A stretch of DNA of 64,000 nucleotides. It comes from Patescibacteria group bacterium (lineage in GTDB: Bacteria; Patescibacteriota; Microgenomatia; UBA12405). Position numbers and translations under genes: made by a program. The DNA is taken from assembly GCA_013387215.1 (NCBI GenBank), contig WARW01000003.1, positions 10,227 through 74,226 on the forward strand. The letters are read 5' to 3'. The notes below the pieces were generated by a model. The model saw nothing but the letters and a program-made list of their open reading frames with translations, had not been told where the DNA came from and made no database searches. Every line of letters starts with the position of its first letter. Within the stretch, counting starts at the first letter, position 1. Positions 8,615-19,230 of this stretch are shown here, piece after piece.

Positions 8615-9262
8615 ATGAACGAAAAAATCAAAAAACAACTCACGGCATTTTTTAACAAATATAAACTTATAAAGTATAAAAAGGGTCAAATTCTTTTTAA
8701 ACCAGGTGAGAGAATTAATGGTATTTTATTTGATAAAAGTGGTTACGTAAGAGTCTACACTATCTCAAAAGAAGGAAAGGAAATTACACTACCAATGTTA
8801 AAACCTTTATTTTTCTGTTCTTTAGTCGATGCTTTATTGGGCAAAGAAAACAAATATTACATTGAAGCTATTAGCCCAGTGGAATTATGGCTGGCTCCAG
8901 AAAACGAATTTATGGATTTTATCAAACAAGATCCAGATCTTTACGATAAAATGACCAAATCTATGTTGAATGATTTTATGGATTTAACTAATAATGTTCA
9001 ACAGCTTATTTTTGGGGATGCATACACAAAGATTGCCAGTTTAATATATTCGATGTCAGAAAAATTTGGAGAAATGAAAGGCAAAGAAACCGTCATCGGA
9101 TTTAATACTCCCCACAGAATGTTGGCTAGCATGACTGGGTTAACCAGAGAAACAGTGACTCTACAAATCTTAAAATTACAAAAGGAAGGCTTTTTGTATA
9201 ATAAAGGCCGAAGAATTGTAATTAAAGATATGGAAAAACTCAAAGAAATTGCTCAGGTCTAA
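8615..9262 (+). CDS. Crp/Fnr-family transcriptional regulator
   Basis: N-terminal cNMP-binding-like beta-roll, C-terminal HTH (RMLASMTGLTRETVTLQILKLQKEGFL), 215 aa. Confidence 0.8.
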   Translation: MNEKIKKQLTAFFNKYKLIKYKKGQILFKPGERINGILFDKSGYVRVYTISKEGKEITLPMLKPLFFCSLVDALLGKENKYYIEAISPVELWLAPENEFMDFIKQDPDLYDKMTKSMLNDFMDLTNNVQQLIFGDAYTKIASLIYSMSEKFGEMKGKETVIGFNTPHRMLASMTGLTRETVTLQILKLQKEGFLYNKGRRIVIKDMEKLKEIAQV

Positions 9263-9283
9263 TTTTTGGTCTATAATTTGTTT

Positions 9284-9700
9284 ATGACTAGTTCAAGTAG
9301 GATTTACAGATCTAAAAATGAGTACATAATTGCCGGTGTTTGCGGAGGTTTGGCGGAACATTTTAATATTGATCCAACCATAGTTAGGATAATTTTTATC
9401 CTCTTAACTTTAGGTGGCGGGAGCGGAATATTAATATATATAATTCTGTGGTTGGTTTTACCTATGGAAGGAAAAAATGAGCCGGATGATTTGAAAGATA
9501 GAGTTAAAGAAATTTCAGAAGAGTTTAAGAATAATTATTCAAATAGAGAAAAGAGAGGTAACTTTTTGGGAATTATAATATTGTTGATTGGCGTAGTTGC
9601 TTTGTTGGACCAGATTCAACCAGCAATAATCAGATGGGATATTTTTTGGCCAGCCGTTTTGATTATGACAGGGTTGTTTTTGATATTTAGAAAAAGATAA
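9284..9700 (+). CDS. PspC-domain membrane protein
   Basis: YRSKNEYIIAGVCGGLAEHFNIDPTIVRIIFILLTL followed by TM helices. The ATG at 9284 is preferred over the track's TTG at 9266. Confidence 0.8.
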   Translation: MTSSSRIYRSKNEYIIAGVCGGLAEHFNIDPTIVRIIFILLTLGGGSGILIYIILWLVLPMEGKNEPDDLKDRVKEISEEFKNNYSNREKRGNFLGIIILLIGVVALLDQIQPAIIRWDIFWPAVLIMTGLFLIFRKR

Positions 9701-9892
9701 TAGCTAAAAGCAAGAGGTTTCTTCGTTGGTTTTTAAACACGGCTTGCTTGGTTCACATTTGTTATTTTTCCGAGATTAAAGGGATTATTTCCTTTTACTT
9801 CTTTCTTACATAATTCTAATTTGCTACTTAATTCTTATCAGTAACATTGGAAGTAGTTTTTGGTGGAGTTTAATTGTTTTTTGTTTTCTGAA

Positions 9893-10279
9893 ATGATTAA
9901 AAGGATCCTAATAATAATTTCAATAATTGTACTTTATCTAATTCCTAAAAACATTAAATATGATAAAAAAACAAACCCTTCATTGGTAAATAATTCGCAA
10001 GTGATTGTTAGCCAAACCCCCTTAATAAGCAGCAGAGGTATCAAAATAAAAAATATAAATGCCCCTGAGATAATTGGTGTTAACGGAAAAGAAAATTTCT
10101 ATCCAGACCACAGCCTACCTATTAATATAAACAATATCCTATTGATTGGCTCTGCCATATTTATTAGTTCAGGAATTGGTCTTTTAGAAATAGACAATAT
10201 GGTGGCGAGAGTGAGAAATCTTGTTAATAAAATTAACTTTAACGGCTCTTTAGTTAAATTCATTAATAGAATATTATGA
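9893..10279 (+). CDS. Small membrane-anchored hypothetical protein, first gene of the cellulose-synthase-like operon
   Basis: ATG at 9893 (MIKRILIIISIIVLYLIP...) and an ATGA overlap with the next gene. No recognisable domain. Confidence 0.45.
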   Translation: MIKRILIIISIIVLYLIPKNIKYDKKTNPSLVNNSQVIVSQTPLISSRGIKIKNINAPEIIGVNGKENFYPDHSLPININNILLIGSAIFISSGIGLLEIDNMVARVRNLVNKINFNGSLVKFINRIL

Positions 10280-11463
10280 ACAAAAGAATTTTGGGCTATT
10301 TATTTATAGTATTAGGGATTGCAGTTTTTGGATATGTTTTGTATGTTAATAGCCAATACATTGATTTAACTCGGCCGTTTTCGTCATATACTTTGTTGAT
10401 TTCTTCATGGGAAAAATATAAACAAGAATTTATAAATAAAGACGGCAGAGTAATTGATTATTCCCAAAGCGGAATTACAACATCTGAAGGCCAAAGTTAC
10501 GCCATGCTTAGATCAGTATATATTGATGACAAAGGCGCTTTTGACCAAGTTTGGAATTGGAGCAAAATAAATCTTAAAAGACCAACTGATAATCTTTTTG
10601 GGTGGAAATGGGGTTTAACCAGTGATAATAAATATGGGTTTTTAGAAAATGGAGGAAGTAATTCAGCTGCCGATGCAGATACCGATATCGCTTTGGCACT
10701 AATATTTGCGGGAAAGCGCTGGAAAAATGATGAATATATAAACCAATCAAAAACAATCTTAAAGGATATTTGGGATAAAGAAACTGGAGTGGCTGCTGGA
10801 AAAAGATATCTGATTGCCGGGAACTGGGCAACTGATGGAAATATGCTAATTATTAATCCTTCATATTTTGAGCCATACGCCTGGAGAATTTTTGCCACAG
10901 TCGACAAAGATCATGACTGGAATAGTTTAATCGGCCCGGCTTATGCTTTATTGACAGATTCAGGAAAAAGTAATCTGGATAAAAATTCATCGGTGGGACT
11001 GCCTCCAGATTGGGTAGAAATTGATAAAACAACAGGTGTTTTAAAGGCACCAAGTTTTGCCAATTTAACCACAAATTATAGTTTTGATGCTATGAGAATT
11101 CCCTGGAAAATTGGATTGGATTATCAATGGAACAAAAATCAGGAGGCTTACAATTACCTGGCTCAATCATTTAAAAAAATATCGGAAATATATGCGACTG
11201 ATGGTAAGCTGCCAACATCACTGTCTCACGATGGACAAATAGTTCAAGATCAAGAAAATCCAACCATGTACGCAACTGCAATTGGTTATTTTATGTTGGC
11301 TGACCCCATAGCAGCAAAAAAAATATATCAAGAGAAAATCCTCAACTTATATTCCAACGACCAAAACATGTTCAACAGCAATCTTCCCTACTATGAACAA
11401 AACTGGTTATGGTTTGGTTCGGCAATTTACAACCACGAAATAAATAGTTTAAGCAATCAATGA
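10276..11463 (+). CDS. Glycoside hydrolase family 8 endoglucanase (BcsZ-like), membrane anchored
   Basis: SEGQSYAML catalytic-Glu region and a near match to the GH8 signature AADADTDIALALIFAGKRW. N-terminal TM anchor. Confidence 0.8.
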   Translation: MNKRILGYLFIVLGIAVFGYVLYVNSQYIDLTRPFSSYTLLISSWEKYKQEFINKDGRVIDYSQSGITTSEGQSYAMLRSVYIDDKGAFDQVWNWSKINLKRPTDNLFGWKWGLTSDNKYGFLENGGSNSAADADTDIALALIFAGKRWKNDEYINQSKTILKDIWDKETGVAAGKRYLIAGNWATDGNMLIINPSYFEPYAWRIFATVDKDHDWNSLIGPAYALLTDSGKSNLDKNSSVGLPPDWVEIDKTTGVLKAPSFANLTTNYSFDAMRIPWKIGLDYQWNKNQEAYNYLAQSFKKISEIYATDGKLPTSLSHDGQIVQDQENPTMYATAIGYFMLADPIAAKKIYQEKILNLYSNDQNMFNSNLPYYEQNWLWFGSAIYNHEINSLSNQ

Positions 11464-13010
11464 AATTTAATATAAACAAAGGCCTCCTAGAAAGAGGAAA
11501 AATTGATAAGTCGTTAATAGGGCTTAATTTGGCCATGACTGCTTTTTATTTTTCTTGGTGGCTGACACCGTCGCATATAGATAATAAGTTTTTATATTTT
11601 CTATTGTTTATAGGGGAAATTTATCATATTTTTATGGCCTTAACTTTTTGGCACACAATTGCTCCGGGGCAATTAAAAATTAAAAAAGTGAATAGATCTA
11701 AAAAATTCTTGCCTACAGTAGACATATTTATAACAGTAGCAGGAGAACCAGTAGAAATAGTAAAACAGACAATAAACAAAGTTTTGAACATGAACTATCC
11801 AAAATCTTTTATATATATATTGAATGATAGTTTAGTGGCTAAAAAAGAAAATTGGAGAGAGTATGAATATTTAGCTGAAGAAATGGGGGTTTTTTGCATA
11901 ACCAGAACCGTGTCTGGAGGTGCAAAAGCCGGCAATATTAATCATGCCTTAAAAATAACCACAGGCAAATTAATTGCCATCTTTGATGCCGATATGCAAC
12001 CAAGACCGAATTTTTTATCCAGATTAATACCCTATTTTAGAAACAAAAAGGTTGGTTTTGTGCAAACTCCTCAATATTATAAAAACTGGCAAAATAATTT
12101 GGTTAGCAGCGGCGCATGGGCCCAACAAGAGTTTTTTTTCGGCCCAATAATGAAAGGGAAAGAAAAAAGTAATTCGGCTTTTATTTGCGGAACAAATTTT
12201 TTGATAAGACGAACTGCTTTATTGGAAGCTGGCGGAATGCAGGAGAATAATATTGCAGAGGATTTTTTAACATCACTGTTTGTTCATAATAATGGCTGGC
12301 TGTCTTATTATGTAAACGAAGTGTTGAGTGAGGGTCTGGCTCCAGAAGATATGTTGTCATACTTTAAACAACAACTAAGATGGGCCAGAGGGTCATTGGA
12401 AATCGTATTTACTAGAAATAATCCTCTTTTCAAAAAAAGATTGAGTTGGCACCAAAGGATTGAATATTTATCATCATCTTTGTATTACTTTAATGGAATT
12501 ATAGTTCTAATCGATATTGTAATGCCATTGTTGTTTTTATTTTTTGGAATACGACCAGTAGCAGCTAGCTCCACCTCGTTTGCACTTTTCTTTGTACCTT
12601 TTATATTTTTAAATTTATATTCACTAAGAATGGCTTCTGCCGACAGAATATCCTTTCAAGCATTATCATTCACTCAGTCGTCTTGGACACTCCAAATTTT
12701 GGCTCTAAAATCAATTCTTTTAAAACAAAAAATGAAGTTTGAAGTTACTTCAAAAAGGGCTCTGACTGGAAACTACATAAACTTAGCTTATCCTCATATT
12801 ACTTATATTGTTTTAGCATTTATGGGATCGATCACAGCTGTGCTTAGAGAAGGAATTAACCCATCAGTAATAACAAACATTGCCTGGGTATTAGTAAATA
12901 CAATATTATTTATTCCATTTATTATGGCAGCTTATAAGGCTGAAGGTGTTCCACGACCCAAACTGGAAATCGATCTGGCAACTGAAAATGAAAGAAAACA
13001 TGTCAAATAA
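11460..13010 (+). CDS. Family-2 processive beta-glycosyltransferase, cellulose-synthase-like (BcsA-like core, no PilZ domain)
   Basis: DADMQP, QTPQ, FICGTNFLIRR, AED (TED-like) and QQLRW (QxxRW). TM helices lie before and after the GT domain. The protein ends about 200 aa after QxxRW with no RxxxR/DxSxxG PilZ motifs. Confidence 0.8.
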   Translation: MKFNINKGLLERGKIDKSLIGLNLAMTAFYFSWWLTPSHIDNKFLYFLLFIGEIYHIFMALTFWHTIAPGQLKIKKVNRSKKFLPTVDIFITVAGEPVEIVKQTINKVLNMNYPKSFIYILNDSLVAKKENWREYEYLAEEMGVFCITRTVSGGAKAGNINHALKITTGKLIAIFDADMQPRPNFLSRLIPYFRNKKVGFVQTPQYYKNWQNNLVSSGAWAQQEFFFGPIMKGKEKSNSAFICGTNFLIRRTALLEAGGMQENNIAEDFLTSLFVHNNGWLSYYVNEVLSEGLAPEDMLSYFKQQLRWARGSLEIVFTRNNPLFKKRLSWHQRIEYLSSSLYYFNGIIVLIDIVMPLLFLFFGIRPVAASSTSFALFFVPFIFLNLYSLRMASADRISFQALSFTQSSWTLQILALKSILLKQKMKFEVTSKRALTGNYINLAYPHITYIVLAFMGSITAVLREGINPSVITNIAWVLVNTILFIPFIMAAYKAEGVPRPKLEIDLATENERKHVK

Positions 13011-14448
13011 ATTACTAGTGCTGATAGTTCTGGTGACATCCCTAATCAGCATTTATTTTCTTTTTACACAATCGATTCGTTTAGATGAGGCTCAATCGAT
13101 ATGGATGTTTACTAAATCGATTCCCGGGATGCTCAAACTTACTTCTCAAGATGTAAATTTACCGCTTTACGGAATAATTATGCATTTCTGGCTGCAGATA
13201 TTAGGAATAAATATTGTTAGAGCCAGATTATTATCTTTGATATTCTTTTTAATAACATTACCAGTTCTGTACCAACTAATAAAAGAATCGAGCGATAGTG
13301 ATCATGCAATTTTAACAGTAGCATTTTTTGCTTTTTCTCCTTTTATTTTGTGGTACACCAGTGAAGCCCGAACTTATACGTTGTTTATATTAATTGCTTG
13401 TTTACAACAATTATATTTTTTACGATTAATCAGAAGTGGTGGAAATAACGGAAAATTTGGTTATTTTATTGGTACTGCACTTGGATTTTATACACATTAT
13501 TTTTTTATTTTCCTTTTAATTGCCCAAATAGTTTTTGTACTGAGTTTAAGAATAGTTAAAGGTAAAAATAAAAATAGGTTAATTAAACGTCACCTAATTT
13601 TAGATTTTGGAGGTTTATTGGTTTTTATTCCTTGGATTTATTATATTTTTAGGACCGGAGGAGCGGTTAACACACAGCCATTAATTCCTATTCCAAACAG
13701 CTATAGCGTGGTGCAGACTTTTGTTAATTTTGTGGTGGGATTTCAATCTCAATCAATTCAAGCAGTCTTAATTTCTCTTTGGCCACTTTCGACTGTAATT
13801 TTATTTTTAATGTTTACACATAGGAAACAAAAATTGGTTAAAAATGTCGAATACTTTTTTTTAGTCACTTTTTTACCGATTATTTTAGTGTTTTTAATAT
13901 CTTTTATAAAACCCATTTTTTTATCTAGATATTTAATTTTAGTGACACCAACATTATTTTTTATAATTGCATGGATAATTTTGAGTAATTCTAAAAAAAT
14001 ATCTTTTTATTTATCGGTATTAATTTTGCTTTTGATGTTTAGTTTTTTAATGTTTCAGAACATTTCGGCAGCAACTCCAAGTAAAGAAAACTATAGTGAA
14101 GTTAGCCAATATTTGAACCAATATACAACACCAGAAGATATTGTGGCAATTACTGCTCCATTTACTATTTATCCAATTGAATACCAATACCAAGGTGAAG
14201 CTAAATTAGTAACAATTCCTAATTGGGATAAATATGTTGAAGGACCAATCCCCCAATATAATTCTGATAATCTAGTTAAACAAATTAATGACTATAAAAC
14301 TCAATATAATCGTTTGTTTGTGGTTTTTTCGTATGATCAGGGATATGAAAATGATATAAAAAATTATCTGGACACACATTATGCCATCATGGGAATGGGA
14401 AAGTTTTCGGACAGTATTGAAATGAGAATCTACAAATTGAGATACTAG
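12988..14448 (+). CDS. GT-C fold glycosyltransferase (GT39/GT83, ArnT/PMT-like)
   Basis: First-loop motif RLDEAQSIW, more than 10 TM helices and a soluble C-terminal domain. The start is uncertain (ATG at 12946, 12988 or 13000). Confidence 0.65.
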   Translation: MKENMSNKLLVLIVLVTSLISIYFLFTQSIRLDEAQSIWMFTKSIPGMLKLTSQDVNLPLYGIIMHFWLQILGINIVRARLLSLIFFLITLPVLYQLIKESSDSDHAILTVAFFAFSPFILWYTSEARTYTLFILIACLQQLYFLRLIRSGGNNGKFGYFIGTALGFYTHYFFIFLLIAQIVFVLSLRIVKGKNKNRLIKRHLILDFGGLLVFIPWIYYIFRTGGAVNTQPLIPIPNSYSVVQTFVNFVVGFQSQSIQAVLISLWPLSTVILFLMFTHRKQKLVKNVEYFFLVTFLPIILVFLISFIKPIFLSRYLILVTPTLFFIIAWIILSNSKKISFYLSVLILLLMFSFLMFQNISAATPSKENYSEVSQYLNQYTTPEDIVAITAPFTIYPIEYQYQGEAKLVTIPNWDKYVEGPIPQYNSDNLVKQINDYKTQYNRLFVVFSYDQGYENDIKNYLDTHYAIMGMGKFSDSIEMRIYKLRY

Positions 14449-14997
14449 CTATTCCCGACAACAATCAAGAATCTTACCAATAACACCACTAACCTTACCC
14501 ATAAAATCTGTTTTATCGGCTTTTAAAGGTTTGTCTGATTTTGATAAAACTGGAGTATCGTTTTTGGTTTCTGATTTAAAGTCGTCAGATTTAAGCATGC
14601 CAAGATTTAGGCCCCAAAAAAGATTGTAGAGGTTATATGATTTTTTGAAAAATTCTTCCGAAGCTTTAATATCGCCCTTGGTTTGAGCTTTGGTACCAAC
14701 CTCCATAAGTCTCATGGAAGCAGCTAAAAGATGTTTACTAATACACCAGACTTCACCCTCATAATCTTTAATAATCATTTTCAAAAGCCCTTTGCGCATA
14801 TCGCGAACTTCATTAAGAAGATCATAATATTTTGTTTTGCCTGTTTTTCCGCCAGAGAAGAAAAGATGTTCTTCAATGGAAATAAGGTTCATGATGGCAA
14901 TAGATAGGTCTTCATCGGAAGACAAATCCAAAGTTTCACCTTTTTCCATTTTTTTAACTTTGTTTAAAAATTGATTAATATCTTCATTATTGGTCAT
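14449..14997 (-). CDS. Hypothetical protein (last gene of the copper locus), C-terminal CC
   Basis: 182-aa ORF co-directional with copA and 17 nt downstream of the preceding gene. No recognised motif. Its stop codon abuts the stop of the convergent gene (TAGCTA). Confidence 0.5.
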   Translation of the reverse strand: MTNNEDINQFLNKVKKMEKGETLDLSSDEDLSIAIMNLISIEEHLFFSGGKTGKTKYYDLLNEVRDMRKGLLKMIIKDYEGEVWCISKHLLAASMRLMEVGTKAQTKGDIKASEEFFKKSYNLYNLFWGLNLGMLKSDDFKSETKNDTPVLSKSDKPLKADKTDFMGKVSGVIGKILDCCRE

Positions 14998-15014
14998 AGT
15001 TGATTGTACCCTAT

Positions 15015-15470
15015 TTAAAGGTTAAAAATAAGTTTAAAAGCAAGAGTGCTTAGGATTAATAAACTTAGCGGAAAAACAACCCGCTGATAATAAAAAAGAA
15101 CCTTACCGTGGTTGCGTTTTTTGGTGTAAAGATTAATAAAGTTTCCTAAGATTACTGCCACAAGACCTAGAGTTTCACCAAGAACAATTTTATCGATTCC
15201 CAAAATCGAATCCTTTCCACTGATTTGATTAGTAAAACTAAAATAGAACAATGTTAGTCCATATAATATTAAAGATAAAATTATGGGATTTCTTAAAATT
15301 CTATTTTTAAATTTAGAGGCCAAATAGAAAGCGATAACAGTATTAAGACCGCCGATCCAGATATTAATTAAAAGCGAATCAATGCCTAATTTTTCAGCTA
15401 AAATCATACCACCACCAACTGTAACTATACAAACTGGACATTGAGCATAAACTTCTTTGACTAAGAACAT
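15015..15470 (-). CDS. Small polytopic membrane protein with an N-terminal CPVC motif
   Basis: An internal ATG (MFLVKEVYAQCPVCIV...) avoids overlap with copA. It has four to five TM helices. Confidence 0.55.
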   Translation of the reverse strand: MFLVKEVYAQCPVCIVTVGGGMILAEKLGIDSLLINIWIGGLNTVIAFYLASKFKNRILRNPIILSLILYGLTLFYFSFTNQISGKDSILGIDKIVLGETLGLVAVILGNFINLYTKKRNHGKVLFYYQRVVFPLSLLILSTLAFKLIFNL

Positions 15471-15489
15471 AATAGTATATTTTAACTTA

Positions 15490-18400
15490 TTATTTTTGAT
15501 TGAACTTGTAATAATTGTCAGCAAACTGACGAGGCACAAAATGCATCATATCGAGGCTGGTTAAGTTCTTTTTGGGAAGTCCGGTAATAATAATATTACT
15601 GCCAAAAAAATTGTTTATAGTGTCAAACTTTTTTTGAAAAAGCTTTTCTTTTATCATCATTCGAGCCTCATCGTAGCCAACATAAGTGGATAAATATTTA
15701 GTGCCAGCTACTTCATAATTTGTTTTAAGCGGATCGATAATTGATAATAATTGCTGCGGAATATTGGTTTGGTCATACAAATATATTAGTTTCAAATCGC
15801 CAAGAGCAGTTTCGGTAACTAATATATCACTTTTAGCGGTTAGATTGGCAAAAGATTTTTGATTAAAGATGTGATATTCATCGATCAAAGTTCCAGTTGG
15901 GGCAAGAATACCAACAATTTTAATTTTTGGCAGTCCAAAAAAGTTGGGTATTTCAGAACCAACACCTTTAATTAGGCCTTCTTCAATCATCATACTGGCC
16001 TCTTTAGATCCTAAAATAACATTATTTTCTCCTGATAAATCAAAGTTGCCTGCAGATAATTTTAAAGAGGATGGCAGATTGTCGACTCCTAAAATTAATT
16101 TAGGATTATTTTTGACAAAACCAATTTTTGAAGGATTATTTTTTAAAAGCTCATTTATTTCGGTTTTTATGGATGGCCGAGATTGGATATAGGCAACTAG
16201 ACCAGAATTGGATTGGGCATCAGCTCCCATTTTTGAAGAAAAGCTGGCAAATTCAATAAAAATAAGTAAAAAGAATGAAATCATCACAAAAGGAGCCAAT
16301 TTTGATATCCAATTAAACTTCCCTGGTTTGAAAAATTTTAAGGTTAAAGAGTTAGCCACCACTGAAACCGAAGATAAAGCCATGGCCAGACCTGCAAGTT
16401 CAGGTTTAAGAATTAAACCAATCCCCATCAAAGCACGAGCAGCGATGGGAATTCCCAGAATATTATAAAAGAGAGCAAAGAACATATTTTGACGAATTTT
16501 ACCTACGGTTTGGCGAGAAAGATCTATGGCTGTCAGAACTCCATTTAAATCATTACTGATAATGACAATACTACCTGATTCCATGGCGATATCAGCACCA
16601 CTACCCATAGCAATACCAAGATCAGATTGAGTTAAAGCAGGGGCATCGTTGATACCATCGCCAACCATAGCCACTTTAAAACCAGAATCTTGAAGTTTTT
16701 TGACTTCCTCCGCTTTGTTTTGAGGTAAAACTTCAGCTAATACATTGGTAATACCAAGCTGTTTGGCAATTGCGTCAGCAGTACGGTGATTATCACCAGT
16801 GATCATATATACAGCAATGCCCATTTTTTTAAGTTTGGAAACAACAGCAACTGAAGTTTCTTTAAGTTGATCGGCTACAGCAATTAATCCTAAAACTTTT
16901 TCTTTATTGGCGATAAGCATGGCAGTTTTACCATCATTCTCAAGCCTCTCCATATCATAAGAAGAAGTTAAGGGAATTTGATTCGCTTCCAATAGTTTAC
17001 GATTACCAACATAATAGGTTTGACCATTGACTACTGCTTTAACACCAGACCCAGGGATGGCCTGAAAATCTTCAATCGCATAGTTGATTGCCCCACAAGA
17101 TTGGCTATAACGAACAATCGATTCAGCCAAAGGATGTTCAGATTTTTGTTCGATTGAGTATAGAATTGAAAGAATTGTCTGATCACCTGGAAGATAGTTA
17201 ATAAAATCAGTTACTTCAGGTTTACCTTTAGTGAGAGTGCCAGTTTTATCAAAGACAATAGCTTCCAAATTTTGGGCCATTTCCAGCGGTTCGCCACCTT
17301 TAATTAAAACTCCATATTCAGCACCTTTACCAGTTCCAACCATAATAGAGGTAGGAGTGGCCAAACCAAGAGCACAAGGACATGCAATAACGATAACTGC
17401 CACAAAAGCTAATAAGGCGAAAGTTAAAGAAGACCCAAGCAAAAAGTACCAAATTACAAAAGTAAGGACGGCGATACTAATTACAGCTGGTACAAAAATT
17501 GAGGAAATCTTATCGGCAAAACCTTGAATTGGAGCTTTTGAACCTTGAGCATCTTCAATTAATTTGACGATTTGAGACAAAGCAGTGTCGGCACCAATTT
17601 TAGTGGTTTTAAACTCAAAAGAACCAGTCTTATTGATTGAAGCGGTATAAACTTTTGATCCAATTTGTTTTTCAACTGGTAATGATTCGCCAGTTAGAAT
17701 AGATTCATCAACAGCCGAGTAACCAGAAACTACTTCCCCATCCACAGGAATTCTTTCGCCAGGGCGAACAACAACAGTGTCGCCTACCATTACCTGTTCA
17801 ACAGGAATATCCACTGGTTGGCCATTTTTTAGAATACGAGCAGTTTTTGGGGCCAACCCCATTAATTTTTCAATAGCCTCAGAGGTCTTTCCTTTAGCTT
17901 TAGCTTCGAGCCATTTACCTAATGATACAAAAGTGATTAAGAAGGCGGCGACCTCAAAATAAAGATTGGGGATTTTGGAACCATTTAAGCCAATAAATGA
18001 ACCAGTTTCACTAAAATAATTAAAAAATTCAAATATGCTGTAAAAATAGGCTGTACTTGTGCCTATAGCAACTAAAGAATCCATGGAAAAAGTACGCATT
18101 TTTAAGGCTGACCAAAACCCAGCAAAAAAATTAGAACCAACGTAAAAAAGAACCGGAGTGGCTAATAATAAAGAGATCAATCCGGCGTATGGCATGACGA
18201 TGCTTTTAAATGGAACAGTATTGGTAAAATCGTAGACCATGAATAGAATCATGGGGATGCTTAGGATTAAACCGGTGAAGAATTTTGAAAACCAATATTT
18301 TATTTCCTGTTTTCTTTTTTCGTGCTGATTTTCTGTTTTTTCGTTAGGAAGCGAGGCTTTATAACCAGCTGCTTCAATGCTTTTAATCAAATCATCGATT

Positions 18401-18582
18401 TTGGCTGAACTAGGACTGTATACAACTCTGGCTTTTTCAGTGGCAAAATTAACATTAACCTCATTAACACCATTAACTTTTTTTAAAGACCGCTCGATAA
18501 GACCAGCGCAGCTGCTACAATGCATGCCAGTAATATCCAAATTTACGGCAATATTTTTTGTAGATGGGTTTTGATTTTCCAT
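15490..18582 (-). CDS. copA: Copper-translocating P1B-type ATPase with an extra TM helix and a ~270-aa C-terminal extracytoplasmic extension
   Basis: [22 protein letters not shown] ([12 protein letters not shown]), DKTGTLT and GDGINDAP. The canonical end is ...[11 protein letters not shown], followed by the helix [20 protein letters not shown] and about 270 more residues (1030 aa total). Confidence 0.9.
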   Translation of the reverse strand: MENQNPSTKNIAVNLDITGMHCSSCAGLIERSLKKVNGVNEVNVNFATEKARVVYSPSSAKIDDLIKSIEAAGYKASLPNEKTENQHEKRKQEIKYWFSKFFTGLILSIPMILFMVYDFTNTVPFKSIVMPYAGLISLLLATPVLFYVGSNFFAGFWSALKMRTFSMDSLVAIGTSTAYFYSIFEFFNYFSETGSFIGLNGSKIPNLYFEVAAFLITFVSLGKWLEAKAKGKTSEAIEKLMGLAPKTARILKNGQPVDIPVEQVMVGDTVVVRPGERIPVDGEVVSGYSAVDESILTGESLPVEKQIGSKVYTASINKTGSFEFKTTKIGADTALSQIVKLIEDAQGSKAPIQGFADKISSIFVPAVISIAVLTFVIWYFLLGSSLTFALLAFVAVIVIACPCALGLATPTSIMVGTGKGAEYGVLIKGGEPLEMAQNLEAIVFDKTGTLTKGKPEVTDFINYLPGDQTILSILYSIEQKSEHPLAESIVRYSQSCGAINYAIEDFQAIPGSGVKAVVNGQTYYVGNRKLLEANQIPLTSSYDMERLENDGKTAMLIANKEKVLGLIAVADQLKETSVAVVSKLKKMGIAVYMITGDNHRTADAIAKQLGITNVLAEVLPQNKAEEVKKLQDSGFKVAMVGDGINDAPALTQSDLGIAMGSGADIAMESGSIVIISNDLNGVLTAIDLSRQTVGKIRQNMFFALFYNILGIPIAARALMGIGLILKPELAGLAMALSSVSVVANSLTLKFFKPGKFNWISKLAPFVMISFFLLIFIEFASFSSKMGADAQSNSGLVAYIQSRPSIKTEINELLKNNPSKIGFVKNNPKLILGVDNLPSSLKLSAGNFDLSGENNVILGSKEASMMIEEGLIKGVGSEIPNFFGLPKIKIVGILAPTGTLIDEYHIFNQKSFANLTAKSDILVTETALGDLKLIYLYDQTNIPQQLLSIIDPLKTNYEVAGTKYLSTYVGYDEARMMIKEKLFQKKFDTINNFFGSNIIITGLPKKNLTSLDMMHFVPRQFADNYYKFNQK

Positions 18583-18584
18583 AT

Positions 18585-18803
18585 TTATAGAAGCTGGGCT
18601 GTATAGCCAGAATTTTTTATAATTTTTATTAAATCTTCTGAATTAAGTTTGTCAGAATCAAATTCAACAGTAACTAGTTTTGTTTCTAAATTAGCATCAA
18701 CAGAAATAACACCATTAGTATCTTCTAAGTCCATTTGAATTAATTTTGGACAGGAAGGACAATGCATGTCGGAAACTTTAAATGTATTTTTTTGATTAGT
18801 CAT
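18585..18803 (-). CDS. copZ: Copper chaperone (HMA domain)
   Basis: 72 aa, [14 protein letters not shown] (MxCxxC). Confidence 0.85.
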   Translation of the reverse strand: MTNQKNTFKVSDMHCPSCPKLIQMDLEDTNGVISVDANLETKLVTVEFDSDKLNSEDLIKIIKNSGYTAQLL

Positions 18804-18811
18804 GTTGGTTT

Positions 18812-19222
18812 TTAATTAATAACTTCAAAAGTACCCGTGTACATGCCCATGGTGCAACTGAAACGATAGGTTCCAGGTGCAACTGGAGTAAATTCTTTTG
18901 TAACTTGAGAGTTAGGGATAAGATCAATTCGGTCTGAGAAAAGCCCGTGAGAAACAATACTTCCAGCGCAGCCAGCATTGCCAGATGAAGTAATTTGCCA
19001 AACCACTGGTATGTTGGCTTTAATTTTAAAATTGTTTGGAGAATAACCAGCAGCCGAAGCAGTCATCTTAACAATTTGTTTACCATCTACAACTTGAACT
19101 AAGTCAGGGCCAGAAGCTGCATTGGAAACAGAGGGGTGTTTTTGGCTAAATATGAAAAAACCAAAAACAACGATTAAAACTATCGAACCTAAAACATAAA
19201 ATAGATTAGAAATATTTTTCAT
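18812..19222 (-). CDS. Membrane-anchored cupredoxin-like domain protein
   Basis: N-terminal TM anchor, then a domain paralogous to the C-terminus of the upstream gene (GCAGSIV ... FSCTMGMYTGTFEV). Start moved to ATG at 19222. Confidence 0.65.
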   Translation of the reverse strand: MKNISNLFYVLGSIVLIVVFGFFIFSQKHPSVSNAASGPDLVQVVDGKQIVKMTASAAGYSPNNFKIKANIPVVWQITSSGNAGCAGSIVSHGLFSDRIDLIPNSQVTKEFTPVAPGTYRFSCTMGMYTGTFEVIN

Positions 19223-19230
19223 AGTTTTTA

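Noticed and set aside
9266-9892. TTG starts at 9266 (PspC) and 9860 (small membrane protein), and a possible c-di-GMP riboswitch upstream of the cellulose-synthase-like operon
   Set aside because: In-frame ATGs at 9284 and 9893 give more plausible N-termini. I could not find GEMM-type conserved sequence blocks in 9701-9892, only a weak 7-bp inverted repeat (AAGCAAG/CTTGCTT).
14443-14454. Back-to-back stop codons (TAGCTA) of convergent genes, and the 19-nt (1764-1782) and 4-nt (41685-41688) convergent overlaps
   Set aside because: They are real in the sequence but are simply the expected consequence of extreme gene packing. No additional structure was seen.
15944-17962. Several plus-strand ORFs (15944-16192, 16208-16468, 17231-17527, 17777-17962) inside copA
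   Set aside because: They are antisense shadows of a long, motif-rich P-type ATPase gene, and their translations have no recognisable features. The same reasoning applies to the other short antisense ORFs in the track inside pepF, the kinase, GH8, the sulfatase-like genes, virB4 and the 1037-aa gene.
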